The notes under the pieces: generated by a model
The model's input: only the letters and a program-made list of their open reading frames with translations
Told to the model about the DNA's origin: nothing
The model's database searches: none
Assembly (NCBI GenBank): GCA_964016885.1
Contig: OZ024766.1
Span: 8,618,001-8,682,000 of the forward strand
Reading direction: 5' to 3'
Source of the DNA: Eledone cirrhosa
Taxonomy: Eukaryota
DNA length: 64,000 bases
Shown: positions 1 to 12,035 of the stretch, piece after piece
Layout: every line of letters begins with the position of its first letter
Numbering within the stretch: position 1 is the first letter of the stretch
Position numbers and translations under genes: made by a program

Positions 1-885
1 GGCTTTACCTCAAATAACATTTACATTACTCTGTATATACTATTGTATTTTCACACTAAAGGCTTTACCCCACATAACATTTACATTACTCTACTCTATA
101 TATACTATTGTATTTTCACTGTAAAGGCTTCACCTCACATAATATCTCACATAACATTTACATTACTCTATATATACTATTGTATTTTCACTGTAAAGGC
201 TTTACCTCACATAATATCTTACATAACATTTACATTACTCTATATATACTATTGTATTTTCACTGTAAAGGCTTTACCTCACATAATATCTCACATAACA
301 TTTACATTACTCTATATATACTATTGTATTTTCACTGTAAAGGCTTTACCTCACATAATATCTCATAACATTTACATTACTCTATATATACTATTGTATT
401 TTCACAGTAAAGGCTTTACCTCACATAACATTTACATTACTCTGTATATACTATTGTATTTTCACACTAAAGGCTTTACCTCACATAACATTTACATTAC
501 TCTATATATACTATTGTATTTTCACAGTAAAGGCTTTACCTCACATAACATTTACATTACTCTATATATACTATTGTATTTTCACAGTAAAGGCTTTACC
601 TCACATAATATCTCACATAACATTTACATTACTCTATACATACTATTGTATTTTCACTGTAAAGGCTTTACCTCACATAATATCTCACATAACATTTACA
701 TTACTCTATATTTACTATTGTATTTTCACAGTAAAGACTTTACCTCACATAACATTTACATTACTCTATATATACTATTGTATTTTCACTGTAAAGGCTT
801 TACCTCACATAACATTTACATTACTCTATATATACTATTGTATTTTCATGGTAAAGGCTTTACCTCTCATAATATCTCACATAAT
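1..885. repeat. 60-bp minisatellite with ~71-bp variants
   Basis: Unit ggctttacctcacataacatttacattactctatatatactattgtattttcacagtaaa, repeated about 14 times. Confidence 0.9.
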
Positions 886-1574
886 ATCGAATCTGAGATT
901 TTGGAAGTATTTATTTTGAGATTAATACCTTAACATCAGTTTATGCGACCAGTTACAGCCAGTTTCAACAGAAAGAGGTAGAGAATTCTGGCCGGTTTTG
1001 GCCGGTTTGAACATTAAAGGGTTAATATATGTGTGGATCATTCATCAGGCATATGTTATGAATAGAAAATATTTTCTATTCATAACATCTGCCTGATGAC
1101 CGATCCAGAAACCTTTGGTAATGGAGTAGTTATATTTTGTGTTGTCCACTTTCTAATTATATAGCTCTGTTCTACACATAGAGCACTCTTTTTTTCCTTT
1201 GGAATTATCTAACACACACACACATATATATATGTAGAACGAAATTCCTGTTGAAGAAGTGAGTCCTCTGTTTGATCATGAATACCACGAGCTTGCCAGT
1301 CACGTAAGTCTGATATTTGATTTCGAATTCATAGAAACACTTTAAACGTATAACGTTTGATTTGTCCAGGTGTATTTTTTCTCAACCTGTTAGTTCTTTC
1401 GTTACTTTGGTATCGTGTGTTAGATTTTGCTTACCACAATGTTCAATTTGTCAAGCTATTTAAACCTATGTTATTACTCTAAGGATCTACCTTGTCGAGT
1501 GCTTTGCTAACTCATTCATATAGTAGGTCGAATTTGCTTGCACACCGCCAGAGATTCGATTTTACTAAGCCTCC

Positions 1575-1618
<44 letters not shown>

Positions 1619-1622
<4 letters not shown>

Positions 1623-1822
1623 AACGAGTAGGACCCCGACGGCTGAGCTCAAGCCGTTTCGACGGCTAATTCTGGACTCAATTAGTCCAGAATTAGCCGT
1701 CGAAATGGCTTGAGCTCAGCCGTCGGGGTCCTACTCGTTCCTATTACCCACTCTACTACCCTAAGTATTGAGTACTTTGGTGCGTTATGGTCCACCTGGT
1801 TCCTTACCACATTTCCTTCGTT
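1619..1822 (+). mobile_element. Fold-back element in (TA)n carrying the 3' half of a hammerhead; related copies at 33087-33289, 42507-42685, 48444-48635, 51598-51686, 57639-57754
   Basis: ~60-bp inverted arms plus a constant 80-bp tail, always flanked by (TA)n. Confidence 0.75.
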
Positions 1823-1896
1823 ATATATATATATATGTATATATGGAGAGATAGAATGATGGAGAGGGAGTGAGAGAGATATATAGAGAAAGAATC

Positions 1897-2050
1897 AACC
1901 CCAGTATAGGACTGGTACTTTTTTTGATTGACCTCGAAAGGATGAAAGGCAAAGTTCACCTCGGCGGGATTTGAACTCAGAGAGCAGGAAGCCAAAACAA
2001 ATACCACAAGGCATTTCCATCCGATGTTCTAACAACTCTGCCAATTTGCC
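1897..2050 (-). mobile_element. tRNA-derived SINE with a Nin/Deu-like central domain; related pieces near 10712, 19305, 27285, 30190, 31118, 34437, 49999, 50606
   Basis: B-box GAGTTCAAATCC followed by tttgcctttcatcc...ggtcgataaaataaagtaccagt, recurring about 9 times. The domain name is from recall. Confidence 0.7.
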
Positions 2051-2064
2051 ACCTTTTGACCACT

Positions 2065-4960
2065 TAGTAACCACAGTATTTAACAGGATAAGTCTATCTT
2101 GGAGTACATCACACAAATGTGATAATTATTCCCTCCCTTTAACCTTCTGAATTCTTTTAAGGGGAGACTACTCTCTCAACACTGCAATATACTTTAAGGG
2201 GAGACTACTTTATCAGCAACATAAGGCGCCCAGAAGATTAAATAATTCAACGGCACAGTCTTCAGCAATACAACAGTATTTAACAGGATAAGTTTATCTT
2301 GGAGTACATCACACAAATGTGATAATTATTCCTTCCCTCCATTTTCTTTTTCTTTAACCTTCTGAATTCTTTTAAGGGGAGACTACTCTCTCAACACTGC
2401 AATATACTTTAAGGGGAGACTACTTTATCAGCAACATAAGGCGCCCAGAAGGTTAAATAATTCAACGGCACAGTCTTCAGCAATACAACAGTATTTAACA
2501 GGATAAGTCTATCTTGGAGTACATCATACAAATGTGATATTTATTCCTTCCCTCCATTTCTTTTCCTTTAACCTTCAGCATGCTGAATTTTTTAAATGAA
2601 TTATATCCCTTGACACTGTATTATGTACTAAAGGGGAGATAACTATTGTCACCAACAGTGTGTTAAAGGTTAAGACATTAGGCTGAGGAATGTAGTGTGG
2701 TGGGAGAGGAAAAAGAAAAGATTTAGGTGCTGTTTAGCATATCAACCAACCATATAGTTTAACAGAATGTATTTACGATACACGTGTATCTTGGACTCCA
2801 TCAAAGCAATGTGTCCTTTTTTTTCTTCTGTGCCCTCAACCCTCTTCCCACACCTGAATCTTTTTTTGCTGTGTGGTGGGAAAAATAAGATATAGGCTGC
2901 TATATTTAGCCGATCCAATGACCACATTGTAGCATAAACTTTTTTAAGGTAAGTATATCTTGGATTACATTATCAAATGTGTCTTTCTTTTGGTGTGTAG
3001 TGGGAAGATAGAAGATATAGGCTGCTATTTTTAGCAGATCCAATGACCATATTGTAGCATAAACCTTCTTAGGATAAGTATATCTTGGATTACATTATCA
3101 AATGTGTCTTTCTTTTGGTGTGTAGTGGGAAGATAGAAGATATAGGCTGTTATTTTTAGCAGATCCAATGACCACATAGTTCCATAATAAACCTTATAAG
3201 TGTATCTTGGACTACATTATCAAATGTCTTTTTTTTCTTGTTATTTTTATCACGCACTTCTCAAGTGTGAATTAATTTACTTTTAATTTAGCTGCTATTT
3301 CTAGCAGATTGAGCAACCATATCCCTGTTGAGTCCATTTCTCTCAGTAGGGGGTAGCAGGTAGTAAGATAAATTTATTTTTTTTACCACCCACTGACTAG
3401 GATGGTCCATTTCTCTCGGTAGGGGGTAGTAGGTAGCATGATAAATTCCTTTTTTTGACCAGCCACTGACTAGGTTGATCCATTTTAGTCAGTAGGGGGT
3501 GGCAAGTAGGAGGGTGGATTCATTTTTTTTTTTTTTTTACCAGCCACAGACTAGCTTGGTCCATTTCAGTCAGTAGGGGGTAGCAGGTAGGATGATGAAT
3601 CCATTTTAGTCAGTAGGAGGTAGCAGGTAGCATAATTCCATTCTTTGACCAGCCACCAACTAGCTTGGTCCATTTCAGTCAGTAGAGGGTAGCAGGTAGT
3701 ATGATAAATTCCTTATTTGACCAGCCGATTAGGTTGGTCCATTTCAGTCTGTAGGCGGTAACAAGTAGTAGAGTGAATAAAATTTTTTGACCAGCCACCG
3801 ACTCGGTCTATTTCAGTCAGTAAGGGGTGGTTGGAGTGGGTTACAAGGGATGGGTTGTTCAATTTGTCTGACCAATCCAATGGTCAGACTTTAATAAAGG
3901 AGAGGAAAGGATGATGTGGGATGGGTCGTTCCATTATCTGACCACTCAGGCCATGGGTCAATTCATCAGCCAGTTTAACAGGGGAGTAGAGTTGATCATG
4001 TGTAATGGACTCTTCCATTTATTGGTCAGTCAATTTTCTGGCCACTCAGGCCATCGGTCAGTTTAGCAAGGGTGTGTGTGTGTGTGGAGAGGATGATCTG
4101 TGATGGACTGTTCCATTATTTGACCACTCAGACCATGGGCCAGTCCACTGTCAGTTTAGCAAAGGGGTGGAGAGGATGATCTGTGATGGACTGTTCCATC
4201 ATTTGACCACTCAGTCATTGGGTTAGTCCATTGGTCGGTTTAGCAGAAGAGTGGAGAAGATGTGATGGACTGTTCCATTTTCTGACCAAACCATCAGTCA
4301 GTCTATTTATTTGACCACTCAGTCCATTGGTCATTTCAGCAAGGGGGTGGAGAGGATGATAATAATGTATGATGGGTGGTTCTGGACTGTTCCATTTTCT
4401 GACCAAACCATTTCTCTGACCACTGTCTATCGGGTCAGTCCATCATTCAGTTTAGCAAAGGGGTGGAGAGGATAATAATGTATAATAGATGGCTCCGGGC
4501 TGATCCATTTTCTGACCAAACCATTTCTCTGACCACCGTCTATCGGGTCAGTCTATTTATTTGACCGCTCAGTCCATTGGTCATTTCAGCAAGGGGGTGG
4601 AGAGGATGATAATAAATGTGATAGGTGATTCTGGGCTCTTCCATTTTTGACCAAACCATTTCTCTGACCACCGTCTATCGGGCCAGTCTATTTATTTGAC
4701 CGCTCAGTCCGTTGGTCATTTCAGCAAGGTGGGTGGAGAAGATGATGATAAATGCGATAGGTGGTTCTGGACTCTTCCATTTTTGACCAAACCATTTCTC
4801 TGACCACCGTCTATCGGGCCAGTCTATTTATTTGACCGCTCAGTCCGTTGGTCATTTCAGCAAGGTGGGTGGAGAAGATGATGATAAATGCGATAGGTGA
4901 TTCTGGGCTCTTCTATTTTCTGACCAAACCATTTCTCCGACCGCTCAGTCCGTGGATTGA
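2065..4960. repeat. Series of degenerate tandem duplications (~210, ~130, ~70 and ~120-bp units) downstream of the stop codon, probably 3'UTR
   Basis: Visible local duplications, e.g. gaccaaaccatttctctgaccac about 5 times. Confidence 0.65.
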
Positions 4961-4975
4961 CCCATTAGCCAGAGT

Positions 4976-5128
4976 TTAATAAGGGGTGATCTTGAAGGCA
5001 CTTATGTCATTAGGTTTAATAAAGAGATGTGATTGGCTGAGTGAAGAGTTACTCTCGTATAGCAAGGATAATGAAGTGCTGCGGATGTCCTTTAGTTTGA
5101 TATCTTTGAACAATGAGTTCAAATCCAC
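4976..5128 (-). CDS. MAN2A1: alpha-mannosidase II terminal coding exon 15
   Basis: ctactctAG|VDLNSLFKDIKLKDIRSTSLSLLY...IKPNDISAFKITPY-TAA; resembles the GH38 class II C-terminus. Confidence 0.88.
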   Translation of the reverse strand: MDLNSLFKDIKLKDIRSTSLSLLYESNSSLSQSHLFIKPNDISAFKITPY

Positions 5129-5159
5129 CTAGAGTAGGATGAAAAATAAGATAAAATAT

Positions 5160-5625
5160 TAGTCAATTTGATAATTGAATTAATTTGATAATTTAAAAAA
5201 TTGATAATTTAATTTCATAATTGAATTAATTTGATAATTGAATTAATTTGATGAATGAGTTAATTTGATAATTGAGTTAATTTGATGATTGAATTAATTT
5301 GATGATTTAGTTAATTTGATAATTTAGTTAATTTGATAATTTAGTTAATTTGATAATTTAGTTAATTTGATAATTTAGTTAATTTGATAATTTAGTTAAT
5401 TTGATAATTTAGTTAATTTGATAATTTAGTTAATTTGATAATTTAATTAATTTGATAATTTAGTTAATTTGACAATTCAATTAATTTGATAATTGAATTA
5501 ATTAGCTAATTTAGTTAATTTGATAATTGAATCATGATTAGATAATTGAATTATTTATTTAGAAAATTTAGTCATTCAATTTGATAACTGAATTAATTTG
5601 ATAATTGAATTAATTTGATAATTTA
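5160..5625. repeat. 17-bp AT-rich minisatellite (ttgataatttagttaat)
   Basis: Direct tandem copies abutting the exon 15 acceptor. Confidence 0.85.
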
Positions 5626-7212
5626 GAGAGAAAAGGGAAGTGGTGGGAGGAAGAGGAAGAAAAGTGAAAGGTGGTGGTGGAGGAAGGAAGGAGAGAGAGA
5701 GGTGGTGGTGGGAGGAAGGAGAGAGAGAGGTGGTGGTGGTGGTGGTGGTGGTAGGAGGAAGGAGAGAGAGAGAGAGGTGGTGGCGGGAGGAACGAGAGAG
5801 AGAGAGGTGGTGGTGGTGGGATGTGGGAGAGAGAGGTGGTGGTGGTGGGAGGAAGGAGAGAGAGAGAGGTGGTGGTGGTGGGAGGAAGGAGAGAGGTGGA
5901 GGTGGTGGGAGGAAGGAGAGAGGTGGTGGTGGTAGGAGGAAGGAGAGAGGTGGTGGTGGGAGGTGGGAGAGAGAGGTGGTGGTTGTGGGAAGGAGATAGA
6001 GAGAGGTGGTGGGAGGAAGGAGAGAGAGAGAGGGGTGGTGGTGGGAGGAAGGAGAGAGGTGGTGGTGGTGGGAGGAAGGAGAGAGGTGGTGGTGGGAGGT
6101 GGGAGAGAGAGGTGTTGGTTGTGGGAAGGAGATAGAGAGAAGTGGTGGGAGGAAGGAGAGAGAGAGAGGGGTGGTGGTGGGAGGAAGGAGAGAGGTGGTG
6201 GTGGTGGGAGGAAGGAGAGAGGTGGTGGTAGCGGGAGGAAGGAGAGAGAGAGAGGTGGTGGTGGTGGGATGTGGGAGAGAGAGGTGGTGGTTGTGGGAAG
6301 GAGATAGAGAGAGGTGGTGGGAGGAAGGAGAGAGAGAGAGAGAGGGGTGGTGGTGGGAGGAAGGAGAGAGGTGGTGGTGGTGGTGGGAGGTGGGAGAGAG
6401 AGGTGGTGGTGGTGGTAGGAGGTGGGAGAGAGAGGTGGTGGTTGTGGGAAGGAGATAGAGAGAGGTGGTGGGAGGAAGGAGAGAGAGAGAGAGGGGGGGA
6501 GGAAGGAGAGAGGTGGTGGTGGTGGGAGGAAGGAGAAAGGTGGTGGTGGTGGTGGTAGGAGGAAGGAGAGAGAGAGGTGGTGGTTGTGGGAAGGAGATAG
6601 AGAGAGGTGGTGGGAGGAAGGAGAGAGAGAGAGAGAGAGAGAGGGGTGGTGGTGGGAGGAAGGAGAGAGTGGTGGTGGCGGGCGGAAGGAGAGAGGTGGT
6701 GGTGGTGGGAGGAAGGAGAAAGGTGGTGGTGGTGGTGGTAGGAGGAAGGAGAGAGAGAGGTGGTGGGAGGAAGGAGAGAGAGAGAGAGAGGGGTGGTGGT
6801 GGGAGGAAGGAGAGAGGTGGTGGTGGTGGGAGGAAGGAGAGAGGTGGTGGTGGTGGTGGTAGGAGGAAGGAGAGAGAGAGGTGGTGGTGGGAGGAAGGAG
6901 AGAGGTGGTGGTGGCGGGAGGAAGGAGAGAGGTGGTGGTGGTGGTGGTAGGAGGAAGGAGAGAGAGAGGTGGTGGTGGGAGGAAGGAGAGAGGTGGTGGT
7001 GGTGGGAGGAAGGAGAGAGGTGGTGGTGGCGGGCGGAAGGAGAGAGGTGGTGGTGGTGGGAGGAAGGAGAAAGGAGAGAGGTGGTGGTGGTAGGAGGAAG
7101 GCGAGAGAGAGGTGGTGGTTGTGGGAAGGAGATAGAGAGAGGTGGTGGGAGGAAGGAGAGAGAGAGAGAGAGAGGGGTGGTGGTGTGGTGGTGGTAGTTG
7201 GAGGAGGGGGAA
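5626..7212. repeat. Compound GGT/GA-rich minisatellite (gaggtggtggtgggaggaaggaga)
   Basis: Plus strand almost devoid of C; source of many spurious ORFs. Confidence 0.9.
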
Positions 7213-7324
7213 GTGAGACGACTAAACAAAGAACAACAACAACAAAAAAAAAAAAAAAAAAAAAAAAGGGGTGGGGGCGGCCACGCAAGGAGCCCCTAGG
7301 TAGCTCCACCGACCGGTACCTCAC

Positions 7325-7693
7325 CTTTCCGTTGCCGATGCCGCAGCAGAGACCCAAGTTGGAGAAGTCGCAGTCAAACGCGAACCGATGCAGTATGAGC
7401 GCGGCGCTGTTCTGCGGCACAAACTTCAGGCTGGGGTCGTCGTCCCTGTTCTGCAGGGTGCGGACGTTCAACAGGTGGATGTCGCAGGGAAGGCCCCCGC
7501 GCCCTCCCCCTCCGCTCCCGCAGGCGTCGGTGTCGCCGGCGGCGCCGAGCGTCGGCGAGAACGACGGCAGCATCGGGGGTTCGGACACGCTGGCAGCGGG
7601 GTTCCTCGGTGCCACATACACTGGGTGGATCAGGTGGAGCGACGTGAGGCGTGCCTGTAGCGAGAGCGGCTTCACCTGGTTCTTAGTTTCAAG
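7325..7693 (-). CDS. MAN2A1: alpha-mannosidase II exon 14
   Basis: LETKNQVKPLSL...LPCDIHLLNVRTL...AALILHRFAFDC...GNGK|GTGAGG; 369 nt, phase 0-0. Confidence 0.9.
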
Positions 7694-7743
<50 letters not shown>

Positions 7744-7748
<5 letters not shown>

Positions 7749-9953
7749 CTTTCTTTATTAACCACAAGGGTTTACATAAAGTAGACATTAAGGACAGTAC
7801 AGGACAATACAGGGCGGTGCAAATGGGCATTTCTGCGTGTAATGCTTTCTTTATTAACCACAAGGGTTTACATAAAGTAGACATTAAGGACAGTGCAGGA
7901 CAATACAGGGCGGTACAAATGGGCATTTCTGTGTGTAATGCTTTCTTTATTAACCACAAGGGTTTACATAAAGTAGACATTAAGGACAGTACAGGACAAT
8001 ACAGGGCGGTGCAAATGGGCATTTCTGCGTGTAATGCTTTCTTTATTAACCACAAGGGTTTACACAAAGTAAGACATTAAGGACAGTACAGGACAATACA
8101 GGGCGGTACAAATGGGCATTTCTGCGTGTAATGCTTTCTTTATTAACCACAAGGGTTTACATAAAGTAGATATTAAGGACAGTACAGGACAATACAGGAC
8201 GGTACAAATGGGCATTTCTGTGTGTAATGCTTTCTCTATTAACCACAAGGGTTTACATAAAGTAGACATTAAGGACAGTACAGGACAGTACAGGACGGTA
8301 CAAATGGGCATTTCTGCGTGTAATGCTTTCTCTATTAACCACAAGGGTTTACATAAAGTAGACATTAAGGACAGTACAGGACAATACAGGGCGGTACAAA
8401 TGGGCATTTCTGCGTGTAATGCTTTCTTTATTAACCACAAGGGTTTACATAAAGTAGACATTAAGGACAGTACAGGACAATACAGGGCGGTACAAATGGG
8501 CATTTCTGCGTGTAATGCTTTCTTTATTAACCACAAGGGTTTACATAAAGTAGACATTAAGGACAGTGCAGGACAATACAGGGCGGTACAAATGGGCATT
8601 TCTGCGTGTTATGCTTTCTTTATTAACCACAAGGGTTTACATAAAGTAGACATTAAGGACAGTACAGGACAATACAGGGCGGTACAAATGGGCATTTCTG
8701 CGTGTAATGCTTTCTTTATTAACCACAAGGGTTTACATAAAGTAGACATTAAGGACAGTGCAGGACAATACAGGGCGGTACAAATGGGCATTTCTGCGTG
8801 TTATGCTTTCTTTATTAACCACAAGGGTTTACATAAAGTAGACATTAAGGACAGTACAGGACAATACAGGGCGGTACAAATGGGCATTTCTGCGTGTAAT
8901 GCTTTCTTTATTAACCACAAGGGTTTACATAAAGTAGACATTAAGGACAGTACAGGACAATACAGGGCGGTGCAAATGGGCATTTCTGCGTGTAATGCTT
9001 TCTTTATTAACCACAAGGGTTTACATAAAGTAGACATTAAGGACAGTGCAGGACAATACAGGACGGTACAAATGGGCATTTCTGCGTGTAATGCTTTCTT
9101 TATTAACCACAAGGGTTTACATAAAGTAGACATTAAGGACAGTACAGGACAATACAGGGCGGTGCAAATGGGCATTTCTGCGTGTAATGCTTTCTTTATT
9201 AACCACAAGGGTTTACATAAAGTAGACATTAAGGACAGTACAGGACAATACAGGGCGGTACAAATGGGCATTTCTGCGTGTAATGCTTTCTTTATTAACC
9301 ACAAGGGTTTACATAAAGTAGACATTAAGGACAGTACAGGACAATACAGGGCGGTGCAAATGGGCATTTCTGTGTGTAATGCTTTCTTTATTAACCACAA
9401 GGGTTTACATAAAGTAGACATTAAGGACAGTGCAGGACAATACAGGACGGTACAAATGGGCATTTCTGCGTGTAATGCTTTCTTTATTAACCACAAGGGT
9501 TTACATAAAGTAGACATTAAGGACAGTGCAGGACAATGCAGGACGGTACAAATGGGCATTTCTGCATGTAATGCTTTCTTTATTAACCACAAGGGTTTAC
9601 ATAAAGTAGACATTAAGGACAGTGCAGGACAATGCAGGGCGGTACAAATGGGCATTTCTGCGTGTAATGCTTTCTTTATTAACCACAAGGGTTTACATAA
9701 AGTAGACATTAAGGACAGTGCAGGACAATGCAGGGCGGTACAAATGGGCATTTCTGCGTGTAATGCTTTCTTTATTAACCACAAGGGCTTACATAAAGTA
9801 GACATTAAGGACAGTGCAGGACAATGCAGGACGGTACAAATGGGCATTTCTGTGTGTAATGCTTTCTTTATTAACCACAAGGGTTTACATAAAGTAGACA
9901 TTAAGGACAGTGCAGGACAATGCAGGACGGTACAAATGGGCATTTCTGCGTGT
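7744..9953. repeat. 96-bp minisatellite, ~23 copies, expanded from a LINE 3' end
   Basis: Highly homogeneous unit; its flank at 9955-10228 resembles the Tx1-like ends at 28010-29200. Confidence 0.92.
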
Positions 9954-10253
9954 AAAAAACAAAAACAGAGGATGTAACAAAAATAACAATGAAAATAACA
10001 ATGAAAAATTCCCCAATAGGGGGGAGACTTCGGAGGGACATTTGTGGAGAAAGCCCAGTAAAAAGCCACAATGACCCTGACCACCAAGGCAAGTGCCCTC
10101 TCCCAGTTTTCCACCTTTAATTTACAGATATATACTCAGAGTAGGCCCATTCACTCGGGCCATTCTTGCTTCTCTCACCCATCTTTCAACAAAATGCTGG
10201 GAAGAGAGCACTTCCCTCTCTACTCTGATAATAATAATAATAATAATAATAAT

Positions 10254-10696
10254 ATTGAAGGACTTTCAAAGGAGGGTATGTCTGCTAATTGATATGTCTG
10301 TTCCAATAGACAAGAATGTATCTATAAAAACATTTGAAAAATTGAGCAAGTATAAGGACCTGGAGATAGAAATTGGAAAAATGTGGAAATTGAGAACTAA
10401 AACAATACCAGTGGTTGTAGGCGCTCTGGGAATGATACCTAAGGGGTCTAACGACTACTTATCGCAAATCCCAGGAAACCCGCATATAGGAGAAATACAA
10501 AAGATAGTACTAATGGGAACTGCCCATATACTAAGGAAGGTTCTGTCAATATAAGTACATCACAAGTCTAAACACTAAAGATGCATGTGTGAGTATGTGT
10601 GTTCTTTCTTGAACATGTACGGACCTTGTTGTCTCTTGAGGTCACTGGTTGTGACTTGGTGATAACTCGTATGAACATAAAGCAAGATAAATGCAA
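10254..10696 (+). mobile_element. 5'-truncated R4/Dong-clade non-LTR retrotransposon (RLE endonuclease C-terminus)
   Basis: CLLIDMSVP...EKLSKYKDLEIEIGKMW...IPVVVGALG...IQKIVLMGTAHILRKVL; (TAA)n on both sides, the known Dong target. Confidence 0.85.
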
Positions 10697-10784
10697 ATAA
10701 TAATAATAATAATGGTTTCTACTTTAGGCACAAGGCCAGCAAATTACCCCAGTGCATTACTGGTACTTTATTTTATCGACCCAA

Positions 10785-12035
10785 ACAGCTAGACTCCTCC
10801 AAAAACACAAACAGCTAGACCCCCCCCCAAAAAGGAAAGGAACCCCTAAAATGTACTTACAAGTGAAGAAATCTTCCTCCTTTCCATAAGGATCCAACAT
10901 TTGTTAGGGGTCAGTTTGTTATTGAGAGCTCCCTAGCCCTGGACTTATTCCCCTCCACCCACAAAAAGGGGTTAAAAAAACAAACAAGAAACACCAACAG
11001 CTAGACCCCTCCCCCTTCCGCCTCCCCAAAAAGGAAAGGAACCCCTAAAATGTACTTACAAGTGGAGAAATCTTCCTCTTTTCCAGAAGGATACGAAATT
11101 TGTTTGGGGTCAGTTTGTTATCGAGAACTCCCTAGCCCTGGACTTATTCCCCTCCAACCATAAAAAGGGGTAAAAAAAAAAAAAAAAAAACACAAACAGC
11201 TAGACCCCCCCCCCCCCTCCCCTAAAAAAAGAACCCCTTAAAATATACTTACAAGCAAATAGATCTTTCTAAAAGGATCTGAAATTTGTCCCCCACTCTC
11301 CCAAAAGGGCTCAAGACAAAAAAAACAAACAGACCCTTCATTCCACGCCCCCACAAAGAAAGGAACCCCTAAAATATACTTACAAGCAAATAGATTTTTC
11401 TAGAAGGATCTGAAATTTGTCCCCCACTCTCCCAAAAGGGTTCAAGACAAAAAAAACAAACAGACCCTTCATTCCACGCCCCCACAAAGAAAGGAACCCC
11501 TAAAATATACTTACAAGCAAATAGATTTTTCTAGAAGGATCTGAAATTTGTCCCCCACTCTCCCAAAAGGGCTCAAGACAAAAAAAACAAACAGACCCTT
11601 CATTCCACGCCCCCACAAAGAAAGGAACCCCTAAAATATACTTACAAGCAAATAGATTTTTCTAGAAGGATCTGAAATTTGTCCCCCACTCTCCCAAAAG
11701 GGCTCAAGACAAAAAAAACAAACAGACCCTTCATTCCACGCCCCCACAAAGAAAGGAACCCCTAAAATATACTTACAAGCAAATAGATTTTTCTAGAAGG
11801 ATCTGAAATTTGTCCCCCACTCTCCCAAAAGGGCTCAAGACAAAAAAAACAAACAGACCCTTCATTCCACGCCCCCACAAAGAAAGGAACCCCTAAAATA
11901 TACTTACAAGCAAATAGATTTTTCTAGAAGGATCTGAAATTTGTCCCCCACTCCAAAAAAGGGGGTTAAGATAAAAATCAAACAAACAGACTTCAGCGCC
12001 CACCCCCCCAAAAAGAACCCCTAAAATGTACTTAC
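10785..12035. repeat. 131-bp array (6 copies) plus two longer copies derived from the exon 13 end and donor
   Basis: cttac donor motif at 10856, 11055, 11248, 11379, 11510, 11641, 11772 and 11903; the true donor is at 12031. Confidence 0.88.

Noticed and set aside
1033-1125. Palindrome with CTGATGA...GAAACC ttt GGTA hammerhead-like motif
   Set aside because: Stems I and II do not pair; probably a decayed Penelope-like end, not called as a ribozyme.
5576-7324. Pro/Ser/Thr-rich extension of the 729-aa ORF
   Set aside because: Read-through past the AAG|GTGAGG donor into a low-complexity intron; the true C-terminus is at 4976-5128.
8112-9977. 621-aa repetitive ORF (and the 437-aa antisense ORF)
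   Set aside because: The 96-bp unit is a multiple of 3 and open on both strands; it is an intronic satellite with a frameshifting unit near 8070.
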